Source of the DNA: an uncultured delta proteobacterium
Lineage (GTDB): Bacteria > Desulfobacterota > WTBG01 > CAIYCZ01 > CAIRTM01
Length of the DNA: 64,000 nucleotides
Assembly: GCA_963804955.1 (NCBI GenBank)
Contig: CAWDSQ010000007.1
Span: 480,001-544,000, forward strand
Reading direction: 5' to 3'
In this document: one piece after another, positions 41,319-52,702 of the stretch
How the letters are laid out: each line of letters opens with the position of its first letter
Numbering within the stretch: the stretch's first letter is position 1
Made by a program: the position numbers and the translations under genes
Notes under the pieces: model-generated
Database searches by the model: none
What the model saw: the letters and a program-made list of their open reading frames with translations, nothing else
What the model was told of the DNA's origin: nothing

Positions 41319-41457
41319 TTGGTCGAAATGAGCCAATCACCTGTCTGCTTGATTGTTTCCTTGGTTCAATTTAGCCAATATTAGCGTGCTTATTTTTAGA
41401 AAAAAATCTCTATTTAGCTAAAAGAACTAGCCTTTTTGTTATGGCACTAAACCTGCA
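41319..41457 (+). promoter_or_regulatory. Sigma54 promoter with two upstream activator boxes
   Basis: TGGCACTAAACCTGCA (GG-N10-GC) at 41442-41457; TTGGT-N8-GCCAA boxes at 41319-41336 and 41361-41378. Confidence 0.65.
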
Positions 41458-41570
41458 ATAAGAACTGGCAAATAATTGCTCTGGAACGGATTTGAATACA
41501 GACTGAATGGAACCTGTGCGGATATGGATTTTTTAACAAAACAAACGCAACAAAAAATGGAGAAGACGTT

Positions 41571-42936
41571 ATGCGGCAAATAAAAAAAATACTGGTGGCC
41601 AACAGAGGTGAAATAGCGGTTCGAATACTGCGTGCAATTCGCGAGATGGGCTTGAAGTCGGCAGTGGTATATTCCGATGCAGACAGTGACTCTATGGCGG
41701 TGCAGCTTGCAGACGAAGCCTATCATATCGGCTCCTCACCCGCGCGTGACAGTTATCTTAAAATAAAAAACATCATACAGGCGGCAAAGAGTGCGGGAGC
41801 AGATGCCATACACCCGGGCTACGGTTTTCTGGCCGAAAACGCAGTATTTGCCGAAGCTGTCAGAAGCAATAATATTATTTTTATCGGCCCTTCCACTGAA
41901 GCAATCAAAACCATGGGCTGCAAGCTGCTCTCCCGCACCATGATGGAGCGCGCCGGCATACCCGTTGTGCCCGGAGCCATGGCTGCCATTAAAGACCGGG
42001 AGGACATGTTCGCCACGGCACGGCATATTGGTTTTCCTCTGCTTCTGAAAGCCTCCGGCGGCGGCGGCGGCAAAGGCATGCGCAGAGTCAACAGCGAGCA
42101 GGAGCTTGCCCGGGCCTATGAGCTGGCGCGCAGCGAATCGTTTTCAAGCTTCGGGACCAATACGATATACATGGAAAAATTCATCCCCAACCCCCACCAT
42201 ATAGAAGTCCAGATTATGGCTGATATGCTGGGCACAACGGTAAGCCTGGGTGAGCGCGAATGCTCGGTGCAGCGGCGGTACCAGAAACTGCTGGAGGAAT
42301 CGCCGTCACCTTTTATCGACCATGAAACCCGCGCCCGTCTTGCAAAAATTGCAATCATGGCTGCTAAAACCGTTCACTATGTCAATGCCGGAACTGTGGA
42401 GTTCATCGTCGATGATAACCGCAATTGCTATTTTCTTGAAATGAACACGCGGCTGCAGGTCGAGCATGCAGTAACCGAAATGGTGACGGGCATTGACATT
42501 GTAAAAGAGCAGATACGAATCGCCCGCGGCGAACCCCTGAGCTTTACGCAGGACCACATACAGCCCACAGGAACCTCTATCGAGTGCCGCATCTATGCCG
42601 AAGACCCCGATAATAATTTCATGCCATCGCCCGGCATGCTGCTTGACTACCGCGAGCCGGGAGGCAGCGGCGTGAGATCGGACTCCGGGGTGTATACGGG
42701 CTCTGATATTTCCTTTCACTATGATCCGCTGATTTCCAAACTGGTCACCTGGGGCCGCACCCGCGACGAAGGCATCAGCCGCATGAAGCGGGCTCTTGCA
42801 GAGTACCGGATTGAAGGCATTAAAACAAATATTCCGTATTTTTTTCAGAATACTTGAAAACGAGGAATTCCTTTCCGGCAATTACACGACATCGCTCATT
42901 GACAACATGGGCGCTTATGCCGCAGGAAGGGCCTAG
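41571..42936 (+). CDS. accC: Biotin carboxylase subunit (AccC/PycA type; frameshift near 42842)
   Basis: ANRGEIA, HPGYGFLAEN, GGGGKGMR, RECSVQRR, EMNTRLQVEH, CRIYAED. Confidence 0.92.
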
Positions 42937-43052
42937 GGCATGACCGGCACGAACAGACCGGCAGCGGAGAAGCCTGCTTAAAAGAACTTCTGACAACATG
43001 GTTTTATCAAACGGCGGCGCATGAAGCCCTTGCTCCGCCGTTTGATTCTTCG

Positions 43053-43298
43053 TCAGGCGAAAAAATCTTTTACAATATTTTCGATAATCGGCCAGGGCGC
43101 AAGGGCCGGCTTTTTCGTGATCGTCACGGTCACCTGACCGCCGTCCACCGAATAATTTCCCTCAACACCCCTGCCTGAAAAGATGCCGGCTTTTCCGTCC
43201 CCGTCAAGCGTTGCGCCCATAGCCTCAACGGCCGAACGGGTGTTTTCCAGAAAATTATCATCCTCCGGCGGAATCGTAACGGTAAATGTTCTGCACAT
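43053..43298 (-). CDS. Small hypothetical protein
   Basis: 81-aa ORF with purine-rich RBS GGGGAAG. Confidence 0.65.
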   Translation of the reverse strand: MCRTFTVTIPPEDDNFLENTRSAVEAMGATLDGDGKAGIFSGRGVEGNYSVDGGQVTVTITKKPALAPWPIIENIVKDFFA

Positions 43299-43468
43299 AA
43301 TCTTCCCCCTGAAAACTGTTTATGTCCGTCTGTGCCCCTTGCATCCTCTGCACAGAAACCATCGCTATCAAAAGTTATGCCGTCAAAAAAAGCAGGCCGC
43401 ATATGTCGCTTTTTCGCTTATATCCGTGCAGCGTGAAACCAAAAAGCACGAAGTGTTTGAGTCGCTTT

Positions 43469-46400
43469 TTATGCGGTTGATTGCCGATTTGCCAGAACAG
43501 CCTGCAGGGTCGCGGCAATTTCACGCATATTATAGGGCTTCATGACAAATGCGCGTATGCCGGCCGCCTGTGCCTGCTCTTCAGAAATCTGGCTGCTGAA
43601 CCCGGTACATAAAATAATGGGGATGTCCGCCCGAATGCGGAGAAACTCTTGCGCCAGCTCATACCCGGTCAAATACGGCATGGTGAAGTCCGTAATGACC
43701 GCATCAAAGCTCTGCGGATCTGCCGTAAATGTCTTCAACGCCTCCGGGCTGCTGGTGCTGCTGACAACACTGTATCCCAGTGTCTTCAGTATGGTTGTTC
43801 CCAAATCAACAAGCATTTCCTCATCATCAATTAAAAGGACCGTTCCCCCGCCGCTCCGCGGAATTTCGGGCAGCGCTTCAGGTTTTTCAACAAATTCCCC
43901 TGAAACGTGCGGGATGAGCACATAAAATGTTGCTCCTTTTCCCGGCCGGCTGTATGCGGTGATTGAGCCGCCATGGTCTTTGACAATACCGTGCGCAACG
44001 GCAAGCCCCATGCCCGTACCCTTACCGACATCCTTTGTTGTAAAAAAAGGATCAAAAATGCGCTGCATATGCCGGGGCTCTATGCCGGAGCCCGTATCGC
44101 GCACCATAATACGCACATAGCGGCCGGGGGCGGCATCCGGATAGCGATTCCGATTACGGGCATCAAGCTGCATCGATGAAACTTCGATTTCCAGCACCCC
44201 CCCACCGGCTTCCATGGCCTGCGCCGCGTTTGTACAGAGATTGATGATAACCTGGTGGATGCGCGTGGGGTCTGCCTCTGCAATATGCGCATCGGCAGGC
44301 ACACTGGTTTTCAAATCAATCGTTGTGGGAACTATGGCGCGCAGGAGCTTTACCGCTTCATTGACAATTATGCACATATCCACCGGCCTGCGCTCCTGAT
44401 CCTGCCTCCGGCTGAAGGCCAGAATCTGACGCACGAGATTCCGCGCCCGTTCGCTGGCCTTGAGTATCTGGTCGACATTACCGGCAGCGGGAGCTTCCGG
44501 CGGAAGCTCTAAAAGCGCCAGCTCGGCATTACCCACAATTGCAGCGAGGATATTGTTGAAGTCATGAGCAATACCACCGGCAAGCGTGCCTATCGCCTCC
44601 ATTTTCTGTGACTGGCGAAGCTGTTCTTCCATCTGCCTGCGCTGGGTAATGTCCTGCATCGAGGCAATGACAAAACGAACCCGCCGGTCCTGCTCCCGAA
44701 AGCAGGCTGTGGCAAGGTGAACCCAGAGAATATCGCCGTTTTTTTGGACATACCGCTTGTCCAGCTCGTAGGTATCAATCTCTCCGGCTATCATCCTGTC
44801 AAACTGCTCCATCGATCCGGCCACGTCAACCGGATAGGTCATGTCATCCCAGGTTTTTTCATAAAACTCTTCTTCCGTGTAGCCGAGCATGCTGCACAGT
44901 CTCCGGTTAACGCGCAGCCAGACCCTGTCAACAGAGATGATGGCAATACCGATATTGCCCAGTTCGAACTGAGCGCGAAAAAAGGCTTCGCGTTCACCCA
45001 GTTTCTCTTCCATTTCCCTGCGCTTGGTGATATCTTCCGTCACCTCAATAAAACCGGTGACGGCGCCGTTTTCAAAAACAGGAAATGCCCTGACATTGGA
45101 GTCAAACCTGCTCCCGTCACTGCGAGCAGCCTGCCTCTCGAGTTGCGCCATGGCGCCGGTTTTCATCGCCGCGGCGCCCGGACAGCCGGGGCACCCATAG
45201 CCAAGTTTTTCAAATTCGGCATAACAGAATTTGCCGGTATAATACTCTGCAGGCTTGCCATACATCTCGGCGCATTTGCGATTGACCATGATTATTCTGT
45301 AGTTTGTGTCAATCAGGGCTATGCCCAGCTCAATATGCTCAACCAGCGAACGATAGCGCTCTTCGCTTTCCCGCAGCGTATGCTCGCTTGCCTTCAGCTG
45401 CTGCATATGAGCCTCAATCTGCTGATTCAGGGACTGCAGGGTCTGCTCGCGCGCCCGCAATATGCCATTTGCGTTTTCCAGCTCTTCCTGGGCATGCCGC
45501 CGCTCAGCGATTTCCCGGGAAAGATCCTGCTGCTGTCTGAAAAAGCTTATAATAAGACGTGCGAAATCACCATATTCTGTTTTCTGTTTTTGCAGCCGCG
45601 CAAGAGGTTCTGCATCACGTGCAGCAAGGCTTCTTGAGAGCCTTCTCAGCGGCAGCTGCACCCAGCCTGCAAAGGCTATAAAAAGCACGGTCAGAATTAT
45701 GCTGAGAAATGCCAGCAGCTGCAGGAACTGGCCTCTGGCGGAGCGGGCAAGCTCACGCAGCACAGGAACTTCGCTGCGAACTGAAAGCTCGGCCAGTGGC
45801 TTCTCATCCCAGGAGTAAAAAATGCGGGAAAAGCTTATGGCTCCTTTGGCCAAATCAAAGGAAGGCGGCGGAACCGCAACCCCGGAAGTAATCGGACGAA
45901 GCATGATCCTGCTTTCCGTCAGCGCGGAAAGCTCATCGATATAGATATCGTTCCAGAGACGGCCTATGAAAAGGAAACCGCGGGGGGGGCTTTTGCGCTC
46001 CCAGTCATCCCTGGGCTGAACAGGCGCACAGCGCACTTCGAGCATGCCCCCGTCAAACGGCACGAAAAAATGATGGAAATAGCGCTGCCCCAGCAGCTGC
46101 GGCAGCGCCTGACGCGGGACGGGCAGTTCGCGCAGGTGCATCCCTTCGGCAAACGATACAGCATACACGCAGGTAAAACTGCTGTCGTAAATCCATGCCC
46201 CGCTCAGCTGAAAGCTTGGCAGAAAGCTGGCAAGACGTTCGTCGGCCCAGGCCTTCTCGGGCTTTTGCATAAAAGCAAAAAAATCATCACGGCTGGAAAA
46301 ATCATAAACAAAAGCCTCAAAGGGAGCTCCTTCAAGCTTTATATTGCGGTCAAAGGCCGTATTTTTGCTGTTGACATTAATGCTTAAAAGAAGCTCTGCC

Positions 46401-46495
46401 TGCTGCTGGGCGGAGCGCTGGACATAGAGCGCCCACACCACAAAAAGTGCGGCAATCGCGAACAGCACGGCCATCAGCCGGGTTGTTATTTTCAT
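43469..46495 (-). CDS. Hybrid sensor histidine kinase (CHASE4-like, two PAS, HisKA, HATPase, REC)
   Basis: QKMEAIGTLAGGIAHDFNN, NLCTNA, DPFFTTK..GKGTGMGL, VITDFTMP. Confidence 0.93.
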   Translation of the reverse strand: MKITTRLMAVLFAIAALFVVWALYVQRSAQQQAELLLSINVNSKNTAFDRNIKLEGAPFEAFVYDFSSRDDFFAFMQKPEKAWADERLASFLPSFQLSGAWIYDSSFTCVYAVSFAEGMHLRELPVPRQALPQLLGQRYFHHFFVPFDGGMLEVRCAPVQPRDDWERKSPPRGFLFIGRLWNDIYIDELSALTESRIMLRPITSGVAVPPPSFDLAKGAISFSRIFYSWDEKPLAELSVRSEVPVLRELARSARGQFLQLLAFLSIILTVLFIAFAGWVQLPLRRLSRSLAARDAEPLARLQKQKTEYGDFARLIISFFRQQQDLSREIAERRHAQEELENANGILRAREQTLQSLNQQIEAHMQQLKASEHTLRESEERYRSLVEHIELGIALIDTNYRIIMVNRKCAEMYGKPAEYYTGKFCYAEFEKLGYGCPGCPGAAAMKTGAMAQLERQAARSDGSRFDSNVRAFPVFENGAVTGFIEVTEDITKRREMEEKLGEREAFFRAQFELGNIGIAIISVDRVWLRVNRRLCSMLGYTEEEFYEKTWDDMTYPVDVAGSMEQFDRMIAGEIDTYELDKRYVQKNGDILWVHLATACFREQDRRVRFVIASMQDITQRRQMEEQLRQSQKMEAIGTLAGGIAHDFNNILAAIVGNAELALLELPPEAPAAGNVDQILKASERARNLVRQILAFSRRQDQERRPVDMCIIVNEAVKLLRAIVPTTIDLKTSVPADAHIAEADPTRIHQVIINLCTNAAQAMEAGGGVLEIEVSSMQLDARNRNRYPDAAPGRYVRIMVRDTGSGIEPRHMQRIFDPFFTTKDVGKGTGMGLAVAHGIVKDHGGSITAYSRPGKGATFYVLIPHVSGEFVEKPEALPEIPRSGGGTVLLIDDEEMLVDLGTTILKTLGYSVVSSTSSPEALKTFTADPQSFDAVITDFTMPYLTGYELAQEFLRIRADIPIILCTGFSSQISEEQAQAAGIRAFVMKPYNMREIAATLQAVLANRQSTA

Positions 46496-46498
46496 GCC

Positions 46499-47749
46499 TC
46501 AGTATCCATACTTCTGGAGATAGTCTATTTTAAACATGCTCTGCGGCAGATCAACGCCGAATTCAATTTTTGCGGTTGCCAGTGTTGCATGCGTGCGCTG
46601 CACATCAATCATCTGGTTGGCGGAAAAATAATTCACCTCTGTGCCGCCATAGCCTTGCGCCACATACCCGAACTGGTCAAGCACCTTCCAGAGCTTTCCC
46701 TCCCGGTCAAACCGGTCGGAATAGAGTATCTGCCAGGTTTCGGGATCAAGATACCAGATCATTTTGCTGTAGAGAAAATTGGGCTCGCGGTTCACCGCCT
46801 CTATCACATGTGCCTTGATGCGCTCGCGCTGAACACCTGACCACAGGCACTCTCCCCGTGTATGCTCAAGCTTGTCCGCGTCATTGTGGCGGGCAAGAAG
46901 CAGCTCTTTTGCGCCCATATACGTGTAGGTATTGAAGGAAATCGGCCCGTCCCAGCCCATATTGTCAAATCCGCAATAATCAGCCCCGCCCTGGGCATCC
47001 TGCCGCTCGCTTGTGGAGCGCCGCCGCACGCGCCTGATGGTCGGATTCCATATCCATGAATCATAGGCTTTCATCCGGTCTTTATAATGCAGTTCCAGAA
47101 TCCGCAGGTTTCTCGTTTCGGGAGGCTGGATCTGCAGCATTGAAAATGCCCGCCATATCTGGGCCGGATTGTCCTGCAAATCGGGAACAGGAGGCTTGTC
47201 TGTTCTTCCTGAAAAGAACAGCATGTTATTGTGGATTTCAAGACTCATATCGTACTTGAGCCTGCCGTCGACAATATAGCCCTGCTCCGACGTTTTATTT
47301 GAATCGCCGGCTGAACGGGTGCGGAAGTTATGAGCCATCTCGGCGGCATTCTTTGTTTCGGGAAACGGAACACCGGAGACATAATTGAGGATCTCGCCGG
47401 TTTTATCAAGTTTTGCAAGGCCATAATATTTTTTGGTACAGGCACTATTTCCCGGCGTTGGCAGAATCTGGCGATAGGGCACGATGAGAAACCAGGATGT
47501 GCCCCAGCGCTTTTCATCCTTTATAAGATTATAAAGGCTTTCCGGCACAAATTGCTTGATTTCATCCACATTGCCGCTGGTGATTTTCTCCCCGGACCAT
47601 GTCTTCTCCCAGGAGCGCACAGAGGCAAGCTCATCCCCGCTGTAGCATGCTTTCGGATACACAAGCTCCGCAGCATGGCAGGAAACATGCGCCATAAAAA
47701 CCCAGACCGCACAGCAGACAACACTTTTTAGAAATATATGGGCGGGCAT
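46499..47749 (-). CDS. DUF1329-family exported protein
   Basis: ITSGNVD, SGVPFP, SWIWNPTIRRVRR, YSKMIWYLDPE, FDREGKLWK. Confidence 0.75.
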   Translation of the reverse strand: MPAHIFLKSVVCCAVWVFMAHVSCHAAELVYPKACYSGDELASVRSWEKTWSGEKITSGNVDEIKQFVPESLYNLIKDEKRWGTSWFLIVPYRQILPTPGNSACTKKYYGLAKLDKTGEILNYVSGVPFPETKNAAEMAHNFRTRSAGDSNKTSEQGYIVDGRLKYDMSLEIHNNMLFFSGRTDKPPVPDLQDNPAQIWRAFSMLQIQPPETRNLRILELHYKDRMKAYDSWIWNPTIRRVRRRSTSERQDAQGGADYCGFDNMGWDGPISFNTYTYMGAKELLLARHNDADKLEHTRGECLWSGVQRERIKAHVIEAVNREPNFLYSKMIWYLDPETWQILYSDRFDREGKLWKVLDQFGYVAQGYGGTEVNYFSANQMIDVQRTHATLATAKIEFGVDLPQSMFKIDYLQKYGY

Positions 47750-47957
47750 AGTGGTTTTCCCCTTCAACGGTTATTCCTGTTCTAATAAATAATATATTTA
47801 TATTTATATATATGGTCTTATTTCGAAAGCGTCAATACTGGCATGGAGAAATTATTAGCCTGACGAAAAAATTTCACCTGCCCGGGCAATGATGGCACAT
47901 GCCCGTGAAGACTGCCTGAACAACGCAGGTGCAGGCATATCTGGCTGGAAACCGCAG

Positions 47958-48956
47958 CTATGTTACCCTGCCGTACATAATGCCGGAATCATTGGGTCCG
48001 GTGAAATCAAGACGCTGAATATTTTTGACGCCTGCCTGCGCAAGCATATGCCGCAGCTGCTCTTCGGAGTACGACTGGCCGCCTTTGGTTGCCACGAGCA
48101 TATTGAGGGAAAAAATGGCAGGAAAGGCAGGACCTGCCATGTCATTATTCAGGATAAATTCATGGATATACATGGTTCCGCCGGGATTCAGTGCCGCGGC
48201 TGCTTTGCTGATGAGCTTCTGACAATCAGCCGGGCTTTCGGCATGCAGAATCTGCGACAGCCAGACAGCATCATAGGTTCCGGGTATATCTTCCGCAGCA
48301 TAATTGCCCGGAATAAAGGTGATCCGATCGGACAGGCCTGCCAGAGCTATGGTGCGCTGGGCATACTGGCGTGATTCGGGCAGATCATACACGCAGGCCT
48401 GCAGGTCGGGGTTTTTCAAACAGAAATTGACGGCATAGGTGCCGGGCCCGCCGCCAAGATCAAGAAGGCTTCCCGCGCTGCCAAGATCAAGAATGTCGGC
48501 AATTTTAGGCGCCAGGGCAGATGCAAGATTATGCATGCCCATAAGAAAGCTCTCGCGCTCATCATCGGTTTTTTCATACACCGATGAAATCTGCGCGCCG
48601 GTCAGTATGGCCTGCGGCAAATGCCACCAGGACTCAACGGTATGATAAAAATGGGTTATAATATAACCGATATAGTCAGGAGAGCTCTTCACCAGGTACT
48701 TCCGGGCCGACTCGGCGTTTCGAAACCGTTCACCCTCTTTTTTCAACAGTCCCATAGCGGCAAGCGCATTGCACAGCATGGTCACTGCGCGGGCATCAGC
48801 CCCGAGGTCACGTGAAATATCCGCGGCATAAGCCTCACCTCCTTCAATGCAGGAAAAAACATCAAGCTTCACCGCTGTCTGAAGCGTAATAGCTTCCCAG
48901 CAGGAAGATGCCGTACTTAAAATGTCTTTTGGATTCCACTGCCGCTGCTGTGCCAT
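47958..48956 (-). CDS. SAM-dependent O-methyltransferase (dimerisation plus Methyltransf_2 domains)
   Basis: LDLGGGPG, YDLP, SQILH, FSLNML. Confidence 0.9.
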   Translation of the reverse strand: MAQQRQWNPKDILSTASSCWEAITLQTAVKLDVFSCIEGGEAYAADISRDLGADARAVTMLCNALAAMGLLKKEGERFRNAESARKYLVKSSPDYIGYIITHFYHTVESWWHLPQAILTGAQISSVYEKTDDERESFLMGMHNLASALAPKIADILDLGSAGSLLDLGGGPGTYAVNFCLKNPDLQACVYDLPESRQYAQRTIALAGLSDRITFIPGNYAAEDIPGTYDAVWLSQILHAESPADCQKLISKAAAALNPGGTMYIHEFILNNDMAGPAFPAIFSLNMLVATKGGQSYSEEQLRHMLAQAGVKNIQRLDFTGPNDSGIMYGRVT

Positions 48957-49061
48957 ACAAAGCCCTCCTGCCTGCTGGTTAGTGGCTGAACAAAAACCCC
49001 GAACACTGCCTTTGCCGGGTTTGTTCTTATGCCTGTCGTTGTTCGTAAGCATTTGTTTTTG

Positions 49062-49111
49062 CGTCGGGTTGAGGTACGAAACCCAGCGGTCTCTTCCGGG
49101 CTTAACCCAGC
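49062..49111. repeat. REP-like dispersed repeat, copy of 27300-27348
   Basis: GTCGGGTTGAGGTACGAAACCCAGC...TTCCGGGCTTAACCCAGC. Confidence 0.75.
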
Positions 49112-49142
49112 GCTGCAAAAAAAACGGCTTTTTGTTCAGGAG

Positions 49143-50516
49143 CTAGTTCTTGAGCGAATGCAGCGGCGCGGGTATGCGGCCGCCCCTGGCCACAAACGAA
49201 GCAGAGGTGCCGACTGTCGGAATATCGATAATGGCGGCCTCTCCGAACAGTCCCCCGAACACGGCCATATCGCCCGCCTTTTTTCCCGGAACGGGAATAA
49301 GCCGAACGCCCGTGGTCTTGTTATTGACCATGCCGATGGCAGCCTCGTCGGCGATGATGGCGGAAATCGTATCGGCATCGGTATCGCCGGGTACAGCGAT
49401 CATGTCAAGGCCAACGGAGCAGACGCTGGTCATGGCCTCGAGCTTTTCAAGGCGCAGGGTGCCCTGCTGAACGGCATGGGCAAGCGCGCGGTCTTCCGAC
49501 ACGGGAATAAAGGCGCCGCTCATGCCCCCGACAGACGACGAAGCAAAAAGCCCGCCTTTTTTTACCGCGTCATTTAAAAGCGCAAGAGCGGCTGTGGAGC
49601 CAGGCGCACCCAGCACCGTTATGCCCATGGCCTGCAGTATTTCACCGACGCTGTCGCCCATTTTGGGTGTCGGGGCAAGAGAGAGATCGACTATGCCGAA
49701 GGGAAAGCCCAGGGCCGATGCCACCTCGCGGCCGATGAGTTCGCCGACACGCGTGACGCGAAACGATGTTGTTTTAATCTCTTCTGCAACCTGACCCAGA
49801 TCAGGCGATTTGCCCATGGCAATGAATCGCTCAAGGGCGCGCTTCACCACGCCCGGCCCGCTGACGCCGATATTGACCACGCACTCAGGCTCGCCATAGC
49901 CGTGATAGGCGCCGGCCATAAACGGATTATCTTCCGGGATATTGGCAAACACCACAAGCTTTGCGCAGCCGAATCCATCGCGGTCTGCCGTGCTCAGAGC
50001 TATATCCAGAATAATCCGGCCCATCATTTTGACGGCATCCATATTGATGCCCGCCTTGGTCGAGGCCACATTCACCGACGAGCAAACCCGTTCGGTCTGA
50101 GAGAGAACCACGGGCAGAGATCGCATCAGAGCAAGCTCTGACGGGGTTGCGCCCTTCTGTACAAGGGCCGTATACCCGCCCACCAGGTCGACCTTCACCT
50201 CACGCGCCGCACGGTCAAGCGTGCGTGCAACAGCAAGCAGGCCTTCCTCGCCATGCCCGGCAGCAACCGAGCTTATGGGGCTTACGGCAATCCGTTTATT
50301 GACTATCGGGATGCCGTAGGTGCCGGCAATATCAGTGCAGACCGAAACCAGGCGGCTTGCCTTATTGACCAGCTTGCGCTCAATCTTCTGGCACAGCTGG
50401 TCGATATCCGGCGAGCTGCAGTCCATCAAATTTATCCCGAGCGTCACCGTGCGCACATCGAGATTTTCCTCCTGCAGCATGCGCACGGTTCGCAGAATAT
50501 CTTCAGTTCTCAGCAT
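49143..50516 (-). CDS. PFL-family protein (DUF711/UPF0210)
   Basis: [45 protein letters not shown]. Confidence 0.92.
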   Translation of the reverse strand: MLRTEDILRTVRMLQEENLDVRTVTLGINLMDCSSPDIDQLCQKIERKLVNKASRLVSVCTDIAGTYGIPIVNKRIAVSPISSVAAGHGEEGLLAVARTLDRAAREVKVDLVGGYTALVQKGATPSELALMRSLPVVLSQTERVCSSVNVASTKAGINMDAVKMMGRIILDIALSTADRDGFGCAKLVVFANIPEDNPFMAGAYHGYGEPECVVNIGVSGPGVVKRALERFIAMGKSPDLGQVAEEIKTTSFRVTRVGELIGREVASALGFPFGIVDLSLAPTPKMGDSVGEILQAMGITVLGAPGSTAALALLNDAVKKGGLFASSSVGGMSGAFIPVSEDRALAHAVQQGTLRLEKLEAMTSVCSVGLDMIAVPGDTDADTISAIIADEAAIGMVNNKTTGVRLIPVPGKKAGDMAVFGGLFGEAAIIDIPTVGTSASFVARGGRIPAPLHSLKN

Positions 50517-50533
50517 GGCTGGTCCTCAGGCTT

Positions 50534-51104
50534 TCAGATTTTTGAATGGGTGAAGGCTATTTCATTGGTGGCGGCGAATATGTCCTCATGCTGCAGATGC
50601 ACCGCCAGCGGGTAGTCTTTCCAGAGGCCCTTCAGGTCGATCTGCAGCTGCATGATGTCCTGATCGCGGGGGACAACCACCTGGCTGATCAAAAGAAAAG
50701 CATCACTCGCGGGTATGGGCAAAAAGATCGATGATATTAATGGCGCGTCCTGCAAGATAGGCGGAAACGCGGCTGATGATGTCGGGCCGGTCGCGGCCCG
50801 TGAGGGTGAGCACAAAGCCGTCGCCGTTGCGGGCCTGCGGCGGCCTGGGCTGAGCGCTGTCACGCTGCCGGACCGACACATAAAACTCGCCCGGTGAGCC
50901 TGCTGCTTCAAGCCCCTGCCGCACCTCGTCAAGGGATGGCTCGCCGGGGAAATCAGCCGTCAGCAGAATGGTAAAATACTCATCCATAACCGTCTGACTG
51001 ATGGCGCCGATGGTTCCCCCGAGAGAAAATATACTCTTTGCCACGGCAGCGATGATGCCGACCCGGTCCCGGCTCATGAGTGAAATAACAACATGCGCTG
51101 GCAT
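50534..51104 (-). CDS. Tandem ACT domain (GcvR-like) protein (frameshift near 50720)
   Basis: DRVGII..ISQTVM; DRPDII; QHEDIFAATNEI. Confidence 0.85.
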
Positions 51105-51129
51105 GATGAATCCTTCTAAAGTTCAAAAT

Positions 51130-52224
51130 TTATTTTGGGTACTTCACAAATAATTTACCCCAGGGCGATTCGCGCTGCCATTTTTCAACAACCGGGAGGC
51201 CCTTGGACGGGTACCATATCTTATCGTGATAAGACTCGGAGGCAAAAATAAAAAGGTTCACGAGGGGCGTATGAAACAACAGGGGCTGCAGGTGCTTGAG
51301 CGGCGTGTCATGCCACAGGAGACGGCCTGCACCGGTTGCCATATTGACGCCCACCTCGAAATTCCAGTTCTCCTTTGCCGCATCAACATCCCCCACAATC
51401 TCGATATCGGCCGGATCGCCGACGCCCAGACCATGTTCGTGGGAAAGCGCGATGCAGGGCAGATCCCGCCAGTTAAACCCCATGAGCTTTGCCGCAACGG
51501 AATCGATGGCAACCTGATCGGCAGAGGCAAGAATCACGTTTTTATCATGGGGCCGCACCGTGCGCGGGCCGGGGCCTGACCCTGCGGTGGTGCCGTCCAT
51601 GGTGGCAAACATCCCTGAGTGTATCTCCCGCCCGATGGCCAGCAGGTCAACCAGGGTTTCATGAATCCAGGTATGCGTGTAGTGCCGCTGGCGGTTCAAG
51701 AGCCCGCCAAAGGCGTTTTTCAGGGCGCCGGTATAGGTCGTATAGGAATGGGTTTTGACCGTGGGCAAATGCACGATATTTTTGCCCTGGAAATAATCGG
51801 GGATGAAGATGCCGTCGGGAAAAATCTTATGCAGAGCAATGGTTTTAAACTTCGGCTTATAGGGAATCCACTTCATATGCTCATCACGAAAATTGAACAG
51901 CACGGGGATATCATATTTGGCATACAGGGGCTTGAACTTCAGATCCTCTTCGCCCTTCTCGGGGATGGTAACGACGGTATGATTATGCACGGCCACAAGA
52001 TCCCTGCACCCTGCATCCTTTATGCCCAGTATGGTTCCCTCAAGCTGCCAGGGGGTTGTGTTGACGCCGGGAAACACATTGTGCCAGGTAATATTATCTT
52101 TCAAAATGGTTGTTGCCCCGGGATCAAGGGCTTTGTCTATGCCTGCAAGGCTGCACAGCCTGCGGTAATCCTCGACTACCGTTTCAGGCTTTGTGCGCAG
52201 AATCGCCACTTTTGCTTTTGCCAT
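51130..52224 (-). CDS. DUF362 domain protein
   Basis: LPTVKTH..TGALKNAFG, DGTTAG.GPGP, DQVAID. Confidence 0.88.
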   Translation of the reverse strand: MAKAKVAILRTKPETVVEDYRRLCSLAGIDKALDPGATTILKDNITWHNVFPGVNTTPWQLEGTILGIKDAGCRDLVAVHNHTVVTIPEKGEEDLKFKPLYAKYDIPVLFNFRDEHMKWIPYKPKFKTIALHKIFPDGIFIPDYFQGKNIVHLPTVKTHSYTTYTGALKNAFGGLLNRQRHYTHTWIHETLVDLLAIGREIHSGMFATMDGTTAGSGPGPRTVRPHDKNVILASADQVAIDSVAAKLMGFNWRDLPCIALSHEHGLGVGDPADIEIVGDVDAAKENWNFEVGVNMATGAGRLLWHDTPLKHLQPLLFHTPLVNLFIFASESYHDKIWYPSKGLPVVEKWQRESPWGKLFVKYPK

Positions 52225-52393
52225 CGCTTCATCTCCTTGTATGAACTATCATAACAGTCCGGGCGCACATGGATATGCCCGTGCACATTCCGTCTGTTAC
52301 CTGTATATATATGTAATTCTGCTCAAAAAACCAATAAAAAATCCCCAGCTATGCGGGCAGCCGGGGATTGTGTGCAGATATGGGCCGGATAAA

Positions 52394-52702
52394 TTACTTG
52401 GCAGGGATGATGGCATCCTTGCAGGCCTTGGCCACGCGAAACTTCACAACGGTCTTTGCCTTGATCTTGATCGCTTCGCCGGTGGCGGGGTTGCGGCCGG
52501 TACGGGCCTTGCGCGCCACTTTCACGAGTTTGCCGAAACCGGGCATCGTGAACTCGCCCTTTTTCTTGGTTTCCTTGTAGGCGATGTCGGTAAGGGCGTC
52601 AAAAAAATTGCTTACGTCCTTTTTGGTGATGCCGAGCTTTTCAGAAATTTCGCCGACCAACTGAGCTTTCGTGAGTGCTTTGACTGTTACTTCTTTTGCC
52701 AT
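52394..52702 (-). CDS. hup: HU family DNA-binding protein
   Basis: GFGK, RKARTGRNPATGEAIKIKAK. Confidence 0.93.
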   Translation of the reverse strand: MAKEVTVKALTKAQLVGEISEKLGITKKDVSNFFDALTDIAYKETKKKGEFTMPGFGKLVKVARKARTGRNPATGEAIKIKAKTVVKFRVAKACKDAIIPAK

